DNA of 56,434 nucleotides, filler included, from Stramenopiles sp. TOSAG23-2 (GCA_900128395.1; 4 parts of 4 records of this genome joined end to end with filler, not necessarily neighbours in it), one strand, 5' to 3'; positions 41,054 to 52,764 are shown, counted from the whole stretch's first letter. Notes: generated by a model from the sequence alone, not told the origin. Numbers and translations: made by a program.

Positions 41054-42331
41054 ATGGCAAGTTTAACTACGGATAATAATATCCCTGATGTAGTTCGAAA
41101 CTATTTGAAGGAAAATGTTACATCAAAGGATGCAATACTGGATATATTGTGTGAAAAATTAGATGCTATAGGTGTTGAATGCATTGATGATTTTAAAGAT
41201 TTGGATGAGGGTGATATTGATGGACTTGATTTAAAAAAGTTACATAAGAAAAAAATGATGAAATTGGTTGCAGGAGAAATTAACAACAACAACAATAACC
41301 AAACGACGACAACAACCACAAGGACAGCATCGACAACTGTCAAATGGGATTATTTCATATCACATGCACAAAAAGATGGTGGTATATTTGCGGAAGGTAT
41401 ATATTCAGCAATGAAATATGAACAAAATAAAACATGTTGGCTAGATGTTAAAATGAAAGAACGTGATGAAGCAGCAATGGAACATGGTATTATCAATTCA
41501 AATATTTTCCTAATGATTGTTAGTGAAACGTATTTTACCAGACTTTTTTGTATCAAAGAAATTGAATGGGCAGTAAAATATAAAAAACCAATTGTAATTG
41601 TAATTGATGTCAATTTAAAAAACAAAATTGGTGAATTATTACAATTATGTCCAGATCATTTACGTAACATTGGATCAATTAATTTTATTGATTTAAATCG
41701 TGGTGATAATGATTATTGGAATTTAGGGATGAAAAAGATTGTATTTGCAAAACCCAAAGTATTGGAAACCATGGATCAGAAAATTGGTAGTACATTAAAA
41801 GAAATGGAGAAACAATATCGTTTACCTGGTGATAAATTGTTTGAATCAAGTGATTATCGTGATGCACTTAAATGTTATTTAAAATGGAAAGATGAATTAA
41901 TATCATTTTATAATAATACGAAAAATGAAAGTAGTATTGAATTGATGGAGTGTATGGTAAAATTAGGTGAAACATATGAACAAGCAGGTGAATATGATTT
42001 ATCGATGAAATGTTTAAATACAATATTACCAACACAAATAAAAGAATTAGGAATGGATAATGTTGATGTTGCAAAGACATATGCATTGATAGGATGGTCA
42101 TGTGTTAGGATGTCTAAATATGATCTAGCAATGGAATATTTAAAGAAAAGTTTAAACATACGTTTGAAAGTATTGGATGAAGGTCATGTAGATGTTGGTG
42201 AATCGTATCATAGAATTGGGTGTGTTTATTATTATAAGGCTGAATATGATAAAGCATTAGAATATTATAATAAAGGATTAGATATTCGTATAAATAAATT
42301 AGGTAAAGATCATACTGATGTTGCAGGATCA
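41054..42331 (+). CDS. SAM-TIR-TPR protein, 3'-truncated by contig end
   Basis: SAM-like KLDAIGVECIDDFKDLDEGDIDGLDLKKLHKKKMM. TIR WDYFISHAQ...CWLDVKM...AMEHGIINS..FLMIVSETYFTRLFCIKEIEWA..YKKPIV. 42-aa kinesin-light-chain-type TPRs (LGxDHxDVAxSYxxIGxxY...YDxALEYYxKxLxIR). The ORF runs into the spacer. Confidence 0.9.
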
Positions 42332-42431
42332 NNNNNNNNNNNNNNNNNNNNNNNNNNNNNNNNNNNNNNNNNNNNTTAATTAATTAANNNNNNNNNNNNN
42401 NNNNNNNNNNNNNNNNNNNNNNNNNNNNNNN
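42332..42431. other. Artificial contig-joining spacer (N44-TTAATTAATTAA-N44)
   Basis: Same 100-nt cassette; it cuts the TIR-TPR ORF. Confidence 0.97.
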
Positions 42432-42922
42432 CATTTATCGTTACAACTATTTTGTACTTATTTATATTATTGTATATTAATATTTTATTCCTATCAAACT
42501 TTAACATAGAGTGTGGTGCTGTGGTGCTGTTGGTTGAAATCCAATGGTATTGCCTGCCCAGCCTGCCTAACAGGCTATCGATTTTACCACGTTATAAACA
42601 GACTTATTTTTTGGACTCTGCCTTTTCTGCCGACTGGAACTGGAGAGGACTTTACTTCTTTTGATGAAGTCATGTAAGAAAAAAGGGGGGACTACGGCTG
42701 CTAATGATATGAACATGGCATGTATTTACGATTGAACAGCATTAAAAACACTTTCTATTTTATACAAATCATACATATTTTAATATATTATGTTCTATAC
42801 ATATATCCGGATATACATATACATATAAACTTCTTCCATATTGGTATCACAAATCAAAGACTTTCATATTCATTTGTTAGTGCATTTATTCGAAATAGAT
42901 TATAGACAGAATAGACAGGAAA

Positions 42923-45541
42923 ATGAGAGGCTTATTTACAACAACACTTTTCTGTTTGTTAGTTGTTGCAGTGGTTAACGGTGCATCTTTGCGAACATCA
43001 AAGGCATCAAGTTCTCTTAAAGCTGAAATTTCAGAGCTTATTAAGATTAAAAACCAAGTGAAATATGCAGACGAGATGTTCAATAAAAATAAGGAAGTAA
43101 GTTCATCTCAAGAAAAACAAGAGCATCTGAAAGCTCTGAGTGATGCAAAAGCTATTAACCTATCGAACGAAAAGGATATAGTGGAAGATGCAGAAAGTTT
43201 AAAAGAAGAAAAGGCACCGACTGGAACGACAGGATCAACTGGTACAACAGGAGCAACTGGTACAACAGGAGCAACTGGTACAACAGGAGCAACTGGTACA
43301 ATAGAAGCAACTGGTGCAACAGGAGCAACTGGTGCAACAAAATCTGGCACAGGCGTAGCAACAGGTGCAGCAACAGGTGCAGCAACAGCTCTCGACGAAG
43401 AAGAACCAGTAGTGAAAGATGCAGCTGACACAACTGGATCAACTGGAGCAACTGGAGCAACTGGAGCAACTGGATCGACTGGATCAACTGGTGCAACTGG
43501 TGAAGAAGCAAAAGAAGAAAAGGAAGATAAAAACGAAGCTAAAGTTGAAGCAGAAAGATGGTTGAAGCGTAATAAAGAATTAGCAGAACAAGAGTCCAAG
43601 ACAGGGGCAACTGGTAACAAAGGTAGTACAGGTGCTACTGGTACTACTGGTGCTACTGGCCAAACTGGTGCTACTGGCCAAACTGGTGCAACAGGTTCAG
43701 TAATGGAAGATTTCCCACCACAGAAAAAAGGTCCTACTGAAGGCGAACTAAAAAAGATCAAAAAGAAGCAACTAGCAGAAAAGAAAAATAAAAAGGTAGA
43801 AAAGTTTGATAAACGCGATAATATTGCTAGAATCATTAACGAGTACTCAAAAGATAACTTTGATATGGAGAACTATACAGAGCTTCATCAAACTCTAGGT
43901 CCTACTGGAAGTAACGGTGTGCATACAGAGAAATCTATTCAACGTGCAGGTAAAGCAGCGAAGAAGGGCGATGTTATTGCAAACAAGTTAAAGAAAAACC
44001 ATTTCATGACTGGTGCAGCAACCGGTGGTTATTTGTTGAAATCGAAGACTGGAGGAACAGGAGCTGCAACAGGAGCTGCAACAGGAGCTGCAATGTTGCC
44101 AAAACCAACTGGTGCTACTGGTGTATTAACACCAGATGAAATGCCATCTGAGCCAACACAACCGGCTATTACTGGACCAGTGGGTACATTACAAACACAA
44201 GGTGAATTCGGTAGTGAAGGCAATGTAGGTAATGTTATTAAACAGGCAAAGAAAATCATGAAAAAAATGCCAAAGACAAAGACCAACCTTGGACTACTTG
44301 CATATATGGAAACGATGAAAGATGATGCCGATAAATTGATCGAGACTACACATGCAGAATATATACCAGTTGCAAAGAACTGTTCTGCACACACAGTCGC
44401 ATTCGAACGCGTCAGGAACAAAACGGAAGAGGTCCTAGCATCTATTAAAAGCCAAGATGCATATCAAAATGAAACAGACGCATTAAAAGCTGAAATGCGT
44501 ATATACAATGATCAATTGTCACATATGAAGGAATCTTTCCAAAATGCAACAGAAGAACAAAATACAGTCGGTGTGCAACATGAAAATAAAACCCTTGAAT
44601 GTTTTAGCCATATGGATTTACATAAGCGCATGGTGAAAATGTTAAAAAAATTGAAGAAAGGAATGGCAAAATCAGTAGAAAAGAAGAAAGATGAACCGAC
44701 AATGCTCCTTGAAATGGACACTGATATGGTACAGTCATTACGCTCCATGGCAGAAGAGTATGGCATGAAATCATTAAATAAATTAAAAAGCCAAATTTTA
44801 GATGCTAGTCGTGCAACTGCTTTACCATCAGCAATTACATCAGCATTTCGCATATTGGTTTCTGATATTAAGAAAGAGAAAGATATGAAAGCACATAAAT
44901 GTGAGGAACAGCTAGGAGATTTGGAAATGAAACTCAAAGCAGCAAAAGCTGTTACAAGCAACTTATACCCAAAAATAAACAAATGGAATAAGTTTGTAGA
45001 CAAGATATTGAAACCAAGAATGAAAAAATTAAAGGCTTCAATGCATGCTGATAATGAAAGAGTTAAGTCTATATTGAAATTACAAGCACACAGAAATAGA
45101 AAATTCGCAGAGCATAAAGCTACATGCAATCGTAAAAAACAAGAGTACGAGGAGGAAATCAATAACGCAAAGAGTATGCTAGAGGCTATAGCCATGATCA
45201 AGAAAGCAATTGAAAATCCAACTATGGCAGTAAAATATGCTGTACGTGACGTAGAAAAATCATTAAGAAAACAAGCTGCGAATGTGGACGAATCTCAGGA
45301 GTACGAATATATGCCGAGATTGTCAAATGCAATCAAAAAGTACCAACAAGCAGGTACATTTGTAGCTCCAACCGATGATGAAATAGATGCTGGTTCTCAA
45401 CCAAATAAAGTAGATAAATACGGATGTAATAATTATGCTGGATATACATGGTGTACTTTCAACAAAAAATGCCAACGGCATTGGGAGGAACCTTGTTACT
45501 ATCATGCTGAAGTTGCTAGTAATTTACGGGCCAAAGAATAG
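42923..45541 (+). CDS. Secreted protein with Gly-X-Thr repeats, Cys-punctuated coiled coil and C-terminal Cys/Trp motif (872 aa)
   Basis: Signal peptide [20 protein letters not shown]. ([12 protein letters not shown])n and (ATGA)n blocks. Long K/E helical region. C-terminal [28 protein letters not shown]. Confidence 0.85.
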   Translation: MRGLFTTTLFCLLVVAVVNGASLRTSKASSSLKAEISELIKIKNQVKYADEMFNKNKEVSSSQEKQEHLKALSDAKAINLSNEKDIVEDAESLKEEKAPTGTTGSTGTTGATGTTGATGTTGATGTIEATGATGATGATKSGTGVATGAATGAATALDEEEPVVKDAADTTGSTGATGATGATGSTGSTGATGEEAKEEKEDKNEAKVEAERWLKRNKELAEQESKTGATGNKGSTGATGTTGATGQTGATGQTGATGSVMEDFPPQKKGPTEGELKKIKKKQLAEKKNKKVEKFDKRDNIARIINEYSKDNFDMENYTELHQTLGPTGSNGVHTEKSIQRAGKAAKKGDVIANKLKKNHFMTGAATGGYLLKSKTGGTGAATGAATGAAMLPKPTGATGVLTPDEMPSEPTQPAITGPVGTLQTQGEFGSEGNVGNVIKQAKKIMKKMPKTKTNLGLLAYMETMKDDADKLIETTHAEYIPVAKNCSAHTVAFERVRNKTEEVLASIKSQDAYQNETDALKAEMRIYNDQLSHMKESFQNATEEQNTVGVQHENKTLECFSHMDLHKRMVKMLKKLKKGMAKSVEKKKDEPTMLLEMDTDMVQSLRSMAEEYGMKSLNKLKSQILDASRATALPSAITSAFRILVSDIKKEKDMKAHKCEEQLGDLEMKLKAAKAVTSNLYPKINKWNKFVDKILKPRMKKLKASMHADNERVKSILKLQAHRNRKFAEHKATCNRKKQEYEEEINNAKSMLEAIAMIKKAIENPTMAVKYAVRDVEKSLRKQAANVDESQEYEYMPRLSNAIKKYQQAGTFVAPTDDEIDAGSQPNKVDKYGCNNYAGYTWCTFNKKCQRHWEEPCYYHAEVASNLRAKE

Positions 45542-45819
45542 AGTGGGCCCTGGTATGACGTAGTATGTTACGAGGTAAAAAAGTATAGTATATTATCAAA
45601 TAAATTTACATTCGTATTTTAAATTAAAAAATATTTTTCTCATTTTTTATCATTAATTGATTTTTACAAAAAACAAAATATCTTAATATTTATATACGAG
45701 CTCGTATTAATAATCATTATAGTCGTATGATACGAGTATTATATTTATAATATACGAATATAGGTATGCCAGAGTATGATATCTCTCTCTCATACACACA
45801 TTATGTACAATACACACCA

Positions 45820-47094
45820 CTATTTTGACTGCTGCATATTATCTGCATTTTCAACAACATATAATGAACCTGATTCACTAGCAGCAACAATAACATCACC
45901 AGAATTTTGATCATAATGTTCTACATTGTTGAAAATTGACATCCCAACCCATCTCGAATCGCCTCTAAAACCACAATGATGATTTTGAAATAACATATTT
46001 TTATACGATGACGTGTTTACAGTTGATGGCTCTGCTTTCCATCTTCCACATAAAATATCATTATCAAGCCCAACAGCGTAACATGTAGTGGGCATTGTTG
46101 GGGACGACAATAGTTGGATTGCTTCGTACTTTAACGGTGCACGCCAACGATGCCGGATTTTCCAAGTTCGCTTATCAATTCCATATACAATACGATCTTC
46201 GCCTGTCGCTAGCAGAACATTCGAATGATGCGAACCCTTCTGTGAAGCTGACGATGGGGCCACGTCACTTGCCTTTAAAGAGGATGGTAAAGCCAAGCTA
46301 TATAAAAAACCTTTAGAAGGTGATATTCGACCTACGAATTTATTACTTCGCAAATCATATAATGAGACAAAGTGAGATTCAGCACATAAAATTTGGGTAT
46401 CGTTTACATAATTAATAGCTAATGGAGGAAGTGCTGACAAAAATTGATTGGTAATTTTACCAGTATGCAAATCATATGTTTGAATCATACGGCTAGAAAA
46501 ATGCGCAGTAACTGCTTTCAGTTCAGTTGCAGTGCAATTTAAGGAGATGCCAGACCAACTAGCTTCACGGTATATTTGTTTTTGTATTGTATCGACGCCG
46601 ACAGCTAAATTAATTGATTTCTTATTGATTGATGCTTTTAAAGTACCAAATGCGTCTATTGATGTGGTAAGAATATTTTGTTTGTTATTCCCACGGACTA
46701 TCGGGGCGGATTCGACTGATTGAATTTCACTTTCATGGATGTGACCAGATAAAATGCCATGAAAAGTTGCATTTACTTTGACCGGTACAGACGCTTTTGA
46801 TCCTTTTGTTTCTTTAAAGGTGCATTTAGAGCTATTTGGTATTTCGATTGTATGCGATTCAACCCCATTTTTAAAGCCTAGGCAAATGTCAATAAATTTT
46901 GATTTGCCGTTTGTTTCATTATTAGTATTTTCTGTTAAAGTGATATCTTTTTGTTTTTTATCATCTTGTTGTTGGTAGGTTCTGCCAATGGATAATCGAG
47001 TTGCTTGTATGCTTCCAGCGGAATTTCTATTATTATCTGCTGGTGGCACTCGATATGCACGCGCTATAGCGACGGAATTATTTGAGTTCATCAT
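45820..47094 (-). CDS. Hypothetical protein with WD40-like beta-propeller C-terminal half (424 aa)
   Basis: IQTYDLHTGK, VSLYDLRSNK, LLATGEDRIVYGIDKRTWK, CYAVGLDNDILC and IVAASESGSLYV resemble propeller blades. Confidence 0.6.
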   Translation of the reverse strand: MMNSNNSVAIARAYRVPPADNNRNSAGSIQATRLSIGRTYQQQDDKKQKDITLTENTNNETNGKSKFIDICLGFKNGVESHTIEIPNSSKCTFKETKGSKASVPVKVNATFHGILSGHIHESEIQSVESAPIVRGNNKQNILTTSIDAFGTLKASINKKSINLAVGVDTIQKQIYREASWSGISLNCTATELKAVTAHFSSRMIQTYDLHTGKITNQFLSALPPLAINYVNDTQILCAESHFVSLYDLRSNKFVGRISPSKGFLYSLALPSSLKASDVAPSSASQKGSHHSNVLLATGEDRIVYGIDKRTWKIRHRWRAPLKYEAIQLLSSPTMPTTCYAVGLDNDILCGRWKAEPSTVNTSSYKNMLFQNHHCGFRGDSRWVGMSIFNNVEHYDQNSGDVIVAASESGSLYVVENADNMQQSK

Positions 47095-47816
47095 TTCGAT
47101 CCAAAAAATAATTTATACTGGAAATTGACATGTACATTACATCGTTTGTTTGTACAATTTTATTATTCATCAATTCATATTATAGTATATAGATTTATAT
47201 GGTAATTATAAAAAATGCATGCGTTGCATGCATGCTTATCTTTTTTTTATTGTTGTTGTTGTTGTTGTATTTTTATTAGACGACTATATATAGGCTGATA
47301 TTATGGTGTATTTATTATTTTTATTTTTTTTTGTTGCATTTTTTTGCGTTGTTAGAGGCGGAGAGGCGAACGACGTACTAAAATATTATATAATACTAAG
47401 TACAAAATTAAATGCCTCCCTCTATATCTTCTGGATTGTAAATTTGCATATTTCTAGGTCTACTCCGGACATTTCTAGTAAAAAAATAATAATAATAAAA
47501 AAGTAATAAACATCAAATAAAAGAAAGAATATTATAAAAAAAGCAGTTATGTTGCGTGCAAAAAAAAACAAAAGCGCAATGATGATGTGGGATAAACAAA
47601 TATATTTACACTGTATTAATTATTATTGCATACGCACATACAGATGTAACTATATGGTATAGAGTATAAAAATACAATAAAATATTATTACAAAGAATGA
47701 AGAAAGGATATACAACAATATAAAGTGCAATATTATATCATTTACGATCGTACTTGGTCATATTTAATCAACATTGTCATTATCACCATAAAATCAGATC
47801 GGATTGAAAAAGAATC

Positions 47817-49631
47817 ATGGGAAATACGCCTACAAACGATAACAATGATGACAATGGATTTTCTGAAGAGCCTGATGATATTTTTGAACCGAGAACCTCT
47901 ATTAACGAGGGGGAAGTCGAAAATTTATCAGCTAGAACTCGTGCATTATTAAGCTTAAGCGATGGTAAAAGTAGAAGCTTCGATGAATTCAGTTTTGGTG
48001 ATGATACTCTTGGAGATATATATGGGGACTTAGGTGTTTCACCCGTAGAAACAAATTACATGTACCGCGCAGCCAGCAATAGTTTTAGTAATGATAATAA
48101 TAATAATAATGATAATAATAACAATAACGATAATAATAATAAGTCATCCTTTTTTCTTCTTCAGCAAAATAACCAAATATCTCCATTAGGAAACATGAAG
48201 ACAACGGGCCAAGTAAATCCTAATGACGATAAATCAGCAGAAGACTTAGAATCTACAGCTAATATTAAACCCTTGAAAGAGATAGCATGGCTAATTGTAA
48301 ATCAAGAAAAATTTGTGACTGGACACGTTACAATAACAAGTCAGTTACTAGTGTTTGAACCTCGTAATACTGACGAACATGTTAAAAAAGATGGTTTGTT
48401 GACATATCAATTTTGTATAGATGTGCGAGATATCACTGGGTGTGGAGAAGTTGGACATGTTACTAGAGTCATCAATACAAAACAACTTGATAAAGAAACT
48501 GGAAAAGAAAAGCGTGCACGCCGTGGTGGTGGCATGACATATTTTCAAGTATTTTGGCAAAAGCAGAAAGATCGTAACAGATCTAGACGCCGGAATACAA
48601 ATCAAACATTATTTTTGGTACGAAAAAATAAAGTAGAAAGTCTTGTAAATACATTAAGGTTACTATTGGATAAAGTAGCATTAGATTTAAAAAAAGAGAA
48701 AAATAAAAAGAAATCGCGTCAAATACAAACACACATGACAACAGGTCCAATCATAAGCCATACCGGACATTTATCACCAACTAAATTATTTAAAATAGCA
48801 ACAAATGCTCGGGGTGGCTCACCTTCACCACCACCAACAATTAGAATAGAAAATAGTATCGGCAGTAACTCTAGCCCAAGCAATGCTAGTAATGATGAAA
48901 AAAGTGATAGAAATAATAATACAATAGGGAAACAATTGGGAAATGGGATAAATATTGAGGAGCAAAATAAAAATAAAATTGCTACTACTGGTGAGAAAAA
49001 AAATAGTAAAGTTCAAAAGAACAAATCCGACAGTAGGGCGAAAGGCAGATCGTTGCATACGCCATTGTTTATAGGTGGAAATTCCAGAATATTAAAAGCT
49101 TCTGATTGTCTAGATATTGAGAGTGTCTTGCCACACGGACAAAGGGGATACAATTGGCAATTGTCTTATAGTTCAAATACACATGGTTTAAATTGGATGA
49201 CATTCCATAGGTGTATTGAAAGGGCCGGTTCAAATATATTGATTATACGTACGACAAAAGGCGAAGTTATTGGTTGCTATGCAAGCGAGCAGTGGGCCCC
49301 AACAGGTAAATATACTGGTACTGGAGAATGCTTTGTTTTTAAATGCAAACCTGGCCCATTTCAAACATTTACGTGGTCCTTTGGAGATCCATATTTCATG
49401 ATGTGTACGTCTACCTCCTTAGTTATGGGGGGTGGTGGCGGCTTTGCCATTCGGTTAGACAAACATTTTAAAGGATATAGTACTTCATGCGATACATTTA
49501 ATACGAAAGGCCCGTTGACGAAATCTGAAAATTTTGAAGTGTTTGATATAGAAGTCTATTGCTTTGTATCTGGAAACACAGTAGATGAGAGTAAACGCGC
49601 TGCAAATTTTGACTGGAGTCGGCACTTGTAA
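47817..49631 (+). CDS. OXR1/NCOA7-like TLDc-domain protein (604 aa)
   Basis: TLDc: WQLSYSSNTHG...ILIIRTTKGEVIGCYAS...YTGTGECFVF...LVMGGGG.FAIRLD...STSCDTFN. OXR1-type GRAM/PH-like segment GHVTITSQLLVFEP...DEHVKKDG..Y. MGN start is a possible myristoylation site. Confidence 0.9.
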   Translation: MGNTPTNDNNDDNGFSEEPDDIFEPRTSINEGEVENLSARTRALLSLSDGKSRSFDEFSFGDDTLGDIYGDLGVSPVETNYMYRAASNSFSNDNNNNNDNNNNNDNNNKSSFFLLQQNNQISPLGNMKTTGQVNPNDDKSAEDLESTANIKPLKEIAWLIVNQEKFVTGHVTITSQLLVFEPRNTDEHVKKDGLLTYQFCIDVRDITGCGEVGHVTRVINTKQLDKETGKEKRARRGGGMTYFQVFWQKQKDRNRSRRRNTNQTLFLVRKNKVESLVNTLRLLLDKVALDLKKEKNKKKSRQIQTHMTTGPIISHTGHLSPTKLFKIATNARGGSPSPPPTIRIENSIGSNSSPSNASNDEKSDRNNNTIGKQLGNGINIEEQNKNKIATTGEKKNSKVQKNKSDSRAKGRSLHTPLFIGGNSRILKASDCLDIESVLPHGQRGYNWQLSYSSNTHGLNWMTFHRCIERAGSNILIIRTTKGEVIGCYASEQWAPTGKYTGTGECFVFKCKPGPFQTFTWSFGDPYFMMCTSTSLVMGGGGGFAIRLDKHFKGYSTSCDTFNTKGPLTKSENFEVFDIEVYCFVSGNTVDESKRAANFDWSRHL

Positions 49632-50088
49632 TTTGTACCGCACACACATGTAAGAAGGGTCTGTTGAAAATCGTACGAGCGTTTGTACGAATATGGATAT
49701 TGTGATTTTACCAGAGAATATTTTGTTATTTATTACGAACCGTATAATATAATATATGCATATGATAGATCTAAAATTTAAAAAAAAAAAAAAAACATTT
49801 TTTTAAAATATTTTTATACGGTTCGTATATAAATAAATTTTTACGGTTTGTATTAACACTCTTGTAATATACGCTTCATAAGATATTCGTAAAATATGAT
49901 ACTCGTACGGACATCCATTTAGGGATCGCGGGAGATTCTAAACGTATCTTGTATGCTACACAAAAATGTACTCGTATTTTCGTCAGAGTCTGCAGTATCA
50001 ATTATCACATGATGTATATATTATACGTCGTAAAATTAATAATATTATACGTCGTGCGAAGTATATATATAGCCATTCGTCGGTCGTT

Positions 50089-52764
50089 TTACGTAAATTC
50101 AAGAGCTTCATCTTCTTCCAACATTGTCCCTCTTATATGATCGATTGTTTGTTGTGCACATTCAAAATGTTTTAAATAAGTCAAATCATACAATCTACCA
50201 TGTAACGTTACCAAAGTATCTTCTGGAAACCACATTTTTTTCTTGTCTACCTCTCGTGGTGCTAATTCCAATTTACCAGCAACATTCTCTCCAAATTGTT
50301 GAAATCCCAATAATACCGCCTTTTTATGCATGACCCTTCTTTGCAACTCCCTAAAAGTAAGATTGGCAGCTCTGCCATTAGTAACATCACCAGCTGGCAT
50401 TAAAGTGATTTCTGCTCCATTTGGGCCTAGTAAACTGTTTAAAACATCAAAAATTTCTCTCCTCTCAGAGACCATTGCAAGCACTTTACTAACTATATGA
50501 GTCGATAGAATGTAATCAGACGCTTGACTTATTTTAGGATTGTTAGATATGATATTACGTGTTCTAGGATCTAGAATTTCACAAGTAATGATACAACTCT
50601 GGTTCAACATCTTTGCGCGGCCAAAAATTTGATGCACTGAACGGGATTGGTGAATACCTTGTAGCTTAGACGCTTTGTCTTTTCTCTTGTATTTATCCTG
50701 AAGCTCGCGTATTAATAACAAGGTTGCCAGTGCATGTGAATCGGAATGCATGGGTTCTTCCTCCAGCTCTTCCTCGGATAAGATAAGTACAGAATCGAAT
50801 GTGTGAAGTATTCCATGGTCCTCCGCCGCTTTTCCTGTTATACCTTTGCGTGCCATAATACCAAGTTCAACTTCTCGTAACTGCCTTCTGACCGAAGCAT
50901 TGCCGTACCATTGAACCAGCTTTAAATGGGGCTTCCCATTTGGGTTAATAATACCTCTATTATCACACTCGCGCAATGTATAATTATACGCAGGTTCATC
51001 TCCCTCTTGTACTTGATCGCACATTTCATTTTGTATTGCCTCGTGATCTAATTCCAGCCCACCATCATTAAATCGATGTTTGCGTTCCTCTAATGGTACT
51101 GTATTTATCATGTGTATCTCACTGTTTGGAGATGCCAATTCATTCAACAAACGAATTATATCATCTAAATCACGACGCCAACCACACATTAAAATCATTT
51201 CTGGCTGTAAGTCGTTTTTATTAATATGTTCTATCATGGATTTTTGTCTTTCTATTTTTTTCTTTTTTAAATGGTCTAAATTTACTCGATACGAATCATC
51301 ATCATCCGCTACAACTATAATTTCATCACCTGCATGAATTGTAACTTCACTTGATGGATTTAACATAACAGATGATTGCTGCCATTCTTCTAACATGTTG
51401 CCATTTTCATCTGTCTCTTCAACTTTGTCCCCTGCTTTATTTACAGTCTTTAAAAACACAGATGGACGGTGTATCCCAATTGGGATGCAACCTCCTGTTT
51501 TACCAGGCGCGCCTTCAAAAACTTTATAAAGATCTCCCCAATGCTTACCCTCTAACTCTGGATGTTCGGCCATATAAAATTCACAACCTTTGAATCCTAA
51601 TATATTTTCATACACGTCAGCTAAACCAGGATTTCTAGCAGATTTAATCATCAATCGACCAATAATATCGTGTGATACAATTGTTTCAATTATATGACCA
51701 CCAACGGTTCTAACAAGTAATTGATTGTCAATGTCACGCATTTCAGCAATTATATTACCTTTAATTGGGGTTGGCATACCTTTTAAACTCAAAATAGTTC
51801 TTAAAATTAAAGAGTCTGCTTTATCCGGGTCTCCCGGAGCAGCTTGTACGATAATTGCCCTCGCTTGCGATGCTGCTACTTTTTCTAACATTGCTGTGGT
51901 AGAGTAAGGGCCAGTGCGAACTTGTACACGTGTGCCAAGTTTTCCTCCTTTATGTTCAGGGAAATGAAGACGTATATCATTGTCTACATCCAATTTAGGC
52001 CTCTCAGATAGGATGACTATTGAACCTCCACCTTCACTCTCAGCTGCTATGCAGAGTTCTTCGATTAATGGTAAAGTCGAACCATTAAATCCCAAAATTA
52101 ACGTGTGGTCAAGCTCTTCTACTTGCGATTTGCCTAATTTAAAAGCTTGCGTAGCTTCCATAATTTTGGTGGAAATAATACCAATAATTGCGGACATAAA
52201 TACAACCCCAAGTATTGCAACTAAAAAAGCAGCGGTACGGCGTAAGGTTCTACTTTCATCGGCATGCGTGCCTGGATCAGCAATATATGTCCATGCACGC
52301 CACCAATTTTCACCAAAATCTAAGTCCTCTGGGTCCGGTGGTGGTTCATCATCGGTATAAGAACTTGCGAAATTGTCAAATCCTTTAAATAATATTAATA
52401 TAAACGCACAAAAAGTAATACTTAAAAGCAACGAAAAAAACAAAAACTTAACTTGAAACATATGTTCATCGTCTGACCAGTAAGTCGTAAATTTATACGT
52501 AACGTAATTTTTAAATGCCTTGATATTTCTTTCACAACACCCTACATTTTTTACAGATTCTTCATTTGCCAATTCGACTCGTCTTTGGAATTCTAGTTGG
52601 TCCGTGGTGTTTTGTCTTAATATTTTCCGGGTTTCAACAGAATATTTTCGCTCAGTTTTTTTTTTTATAACATTTGTTTTGTTACTTCCTATTTTCCTAA
52701 TCTTCTTCTTCTTACCAACACTACTCTTTTGTTCAAGGCCTGTGTTTCTTTTTTTCTCAGACAT
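50089..52764 (-). CDS. CASTOR/POLLUX/DMI1-like cation channel (891 aa)
   Basis: TM-pore-TM with WRAWTYIADPGTHAD, then GKSQVEELDHTLILG, ELCIAAESEGGG, IIAEMRDIDN, VSHDIIGRLM..SARNPGLA, LGFKGCEFY, ILMCGWRRDLDD, SDSHALATLLLIR and EILDPRT (tandem RCK domains). Confidence 0.95.
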   Translation of the reverse strand: MSEKKRNTGLEQKSSVGKKKKIRKIGSNKTNVIKKKTERKYSVETRKILRQNTTDQLEFQRRVELANEESVKNVGCCERNIKAFKNYVTYKFTTYWSDDEHMFQVKFLFFSLLLSITFCAFILILFKGFDNFASSYTDDEPPPDPEDLDFGENWWRAWTYIADPGTHADESRTLRRTAAFLVAILGVVFMSAIIGIISTKIMEATQAFKLGKSQVEELDHTLILGFNGSTLPLIEELCIAAESEGGGSIVILSERPKLDVDNDIRLHFPEHKGGKLGTRVQVRTGPYSTTAMLEKVAASQARAIIVQAAPGDPDKADSLILRTILSLKGMPTPIKGNIIAEMRDIDNQLLVRTVGGHIIETIVSHDIIGRLMIKSARNPGLADVYENILGFKGCEFYMAEHPELEGKHWGDLYKVFEGAPGKTGGCIPIGIHRPSVFLKTVNKAGDKVEETDENGNMLEEWQQSSVMLNPSSEVTIHAGDEIIVVADDDDSYRVNLDHLKKKKIERQKSMIEHINKNDLQPEMILMCGWRRDLDDIIRLLNELASPNSEIHMINTVPLEERKHRFNDGGLELDHEAIQNEMCDQVQEGDEPAYNYTLRECDNRGIINPNGKPHLKLVQWYGNASVRRQLREVELGIMARKGITGKAAEDHGILHTFDSVLILSEEELEEEPMHSDSHALATLLLIRELQDKYKRKDKASKLQGIHQSRSVHQIFGRAKMLNQSCIITCEILDPRTRNIISNNPKISQASDYILSTHIVSKVLAMVSERREIFDVLNSLLGPNGAEITLMPAGDVTNGRAANLTFRELQRRVMHKKAVLLGFQQFGENVAGKLELAPREVDKKKMWFPEDTLVTLHGRLYDLTYLKHFECAQQTIDHIRGTMLEEDEALEFT

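Noticed and set aside
43108-43836. 242-aa Pro/Val/Ala-repeat ORF on the minus strand
   Set aside because: It is the antisense mirror of the TGA/TGT repeat region; the plus-strand ORF has the signal peptide and is far longer.
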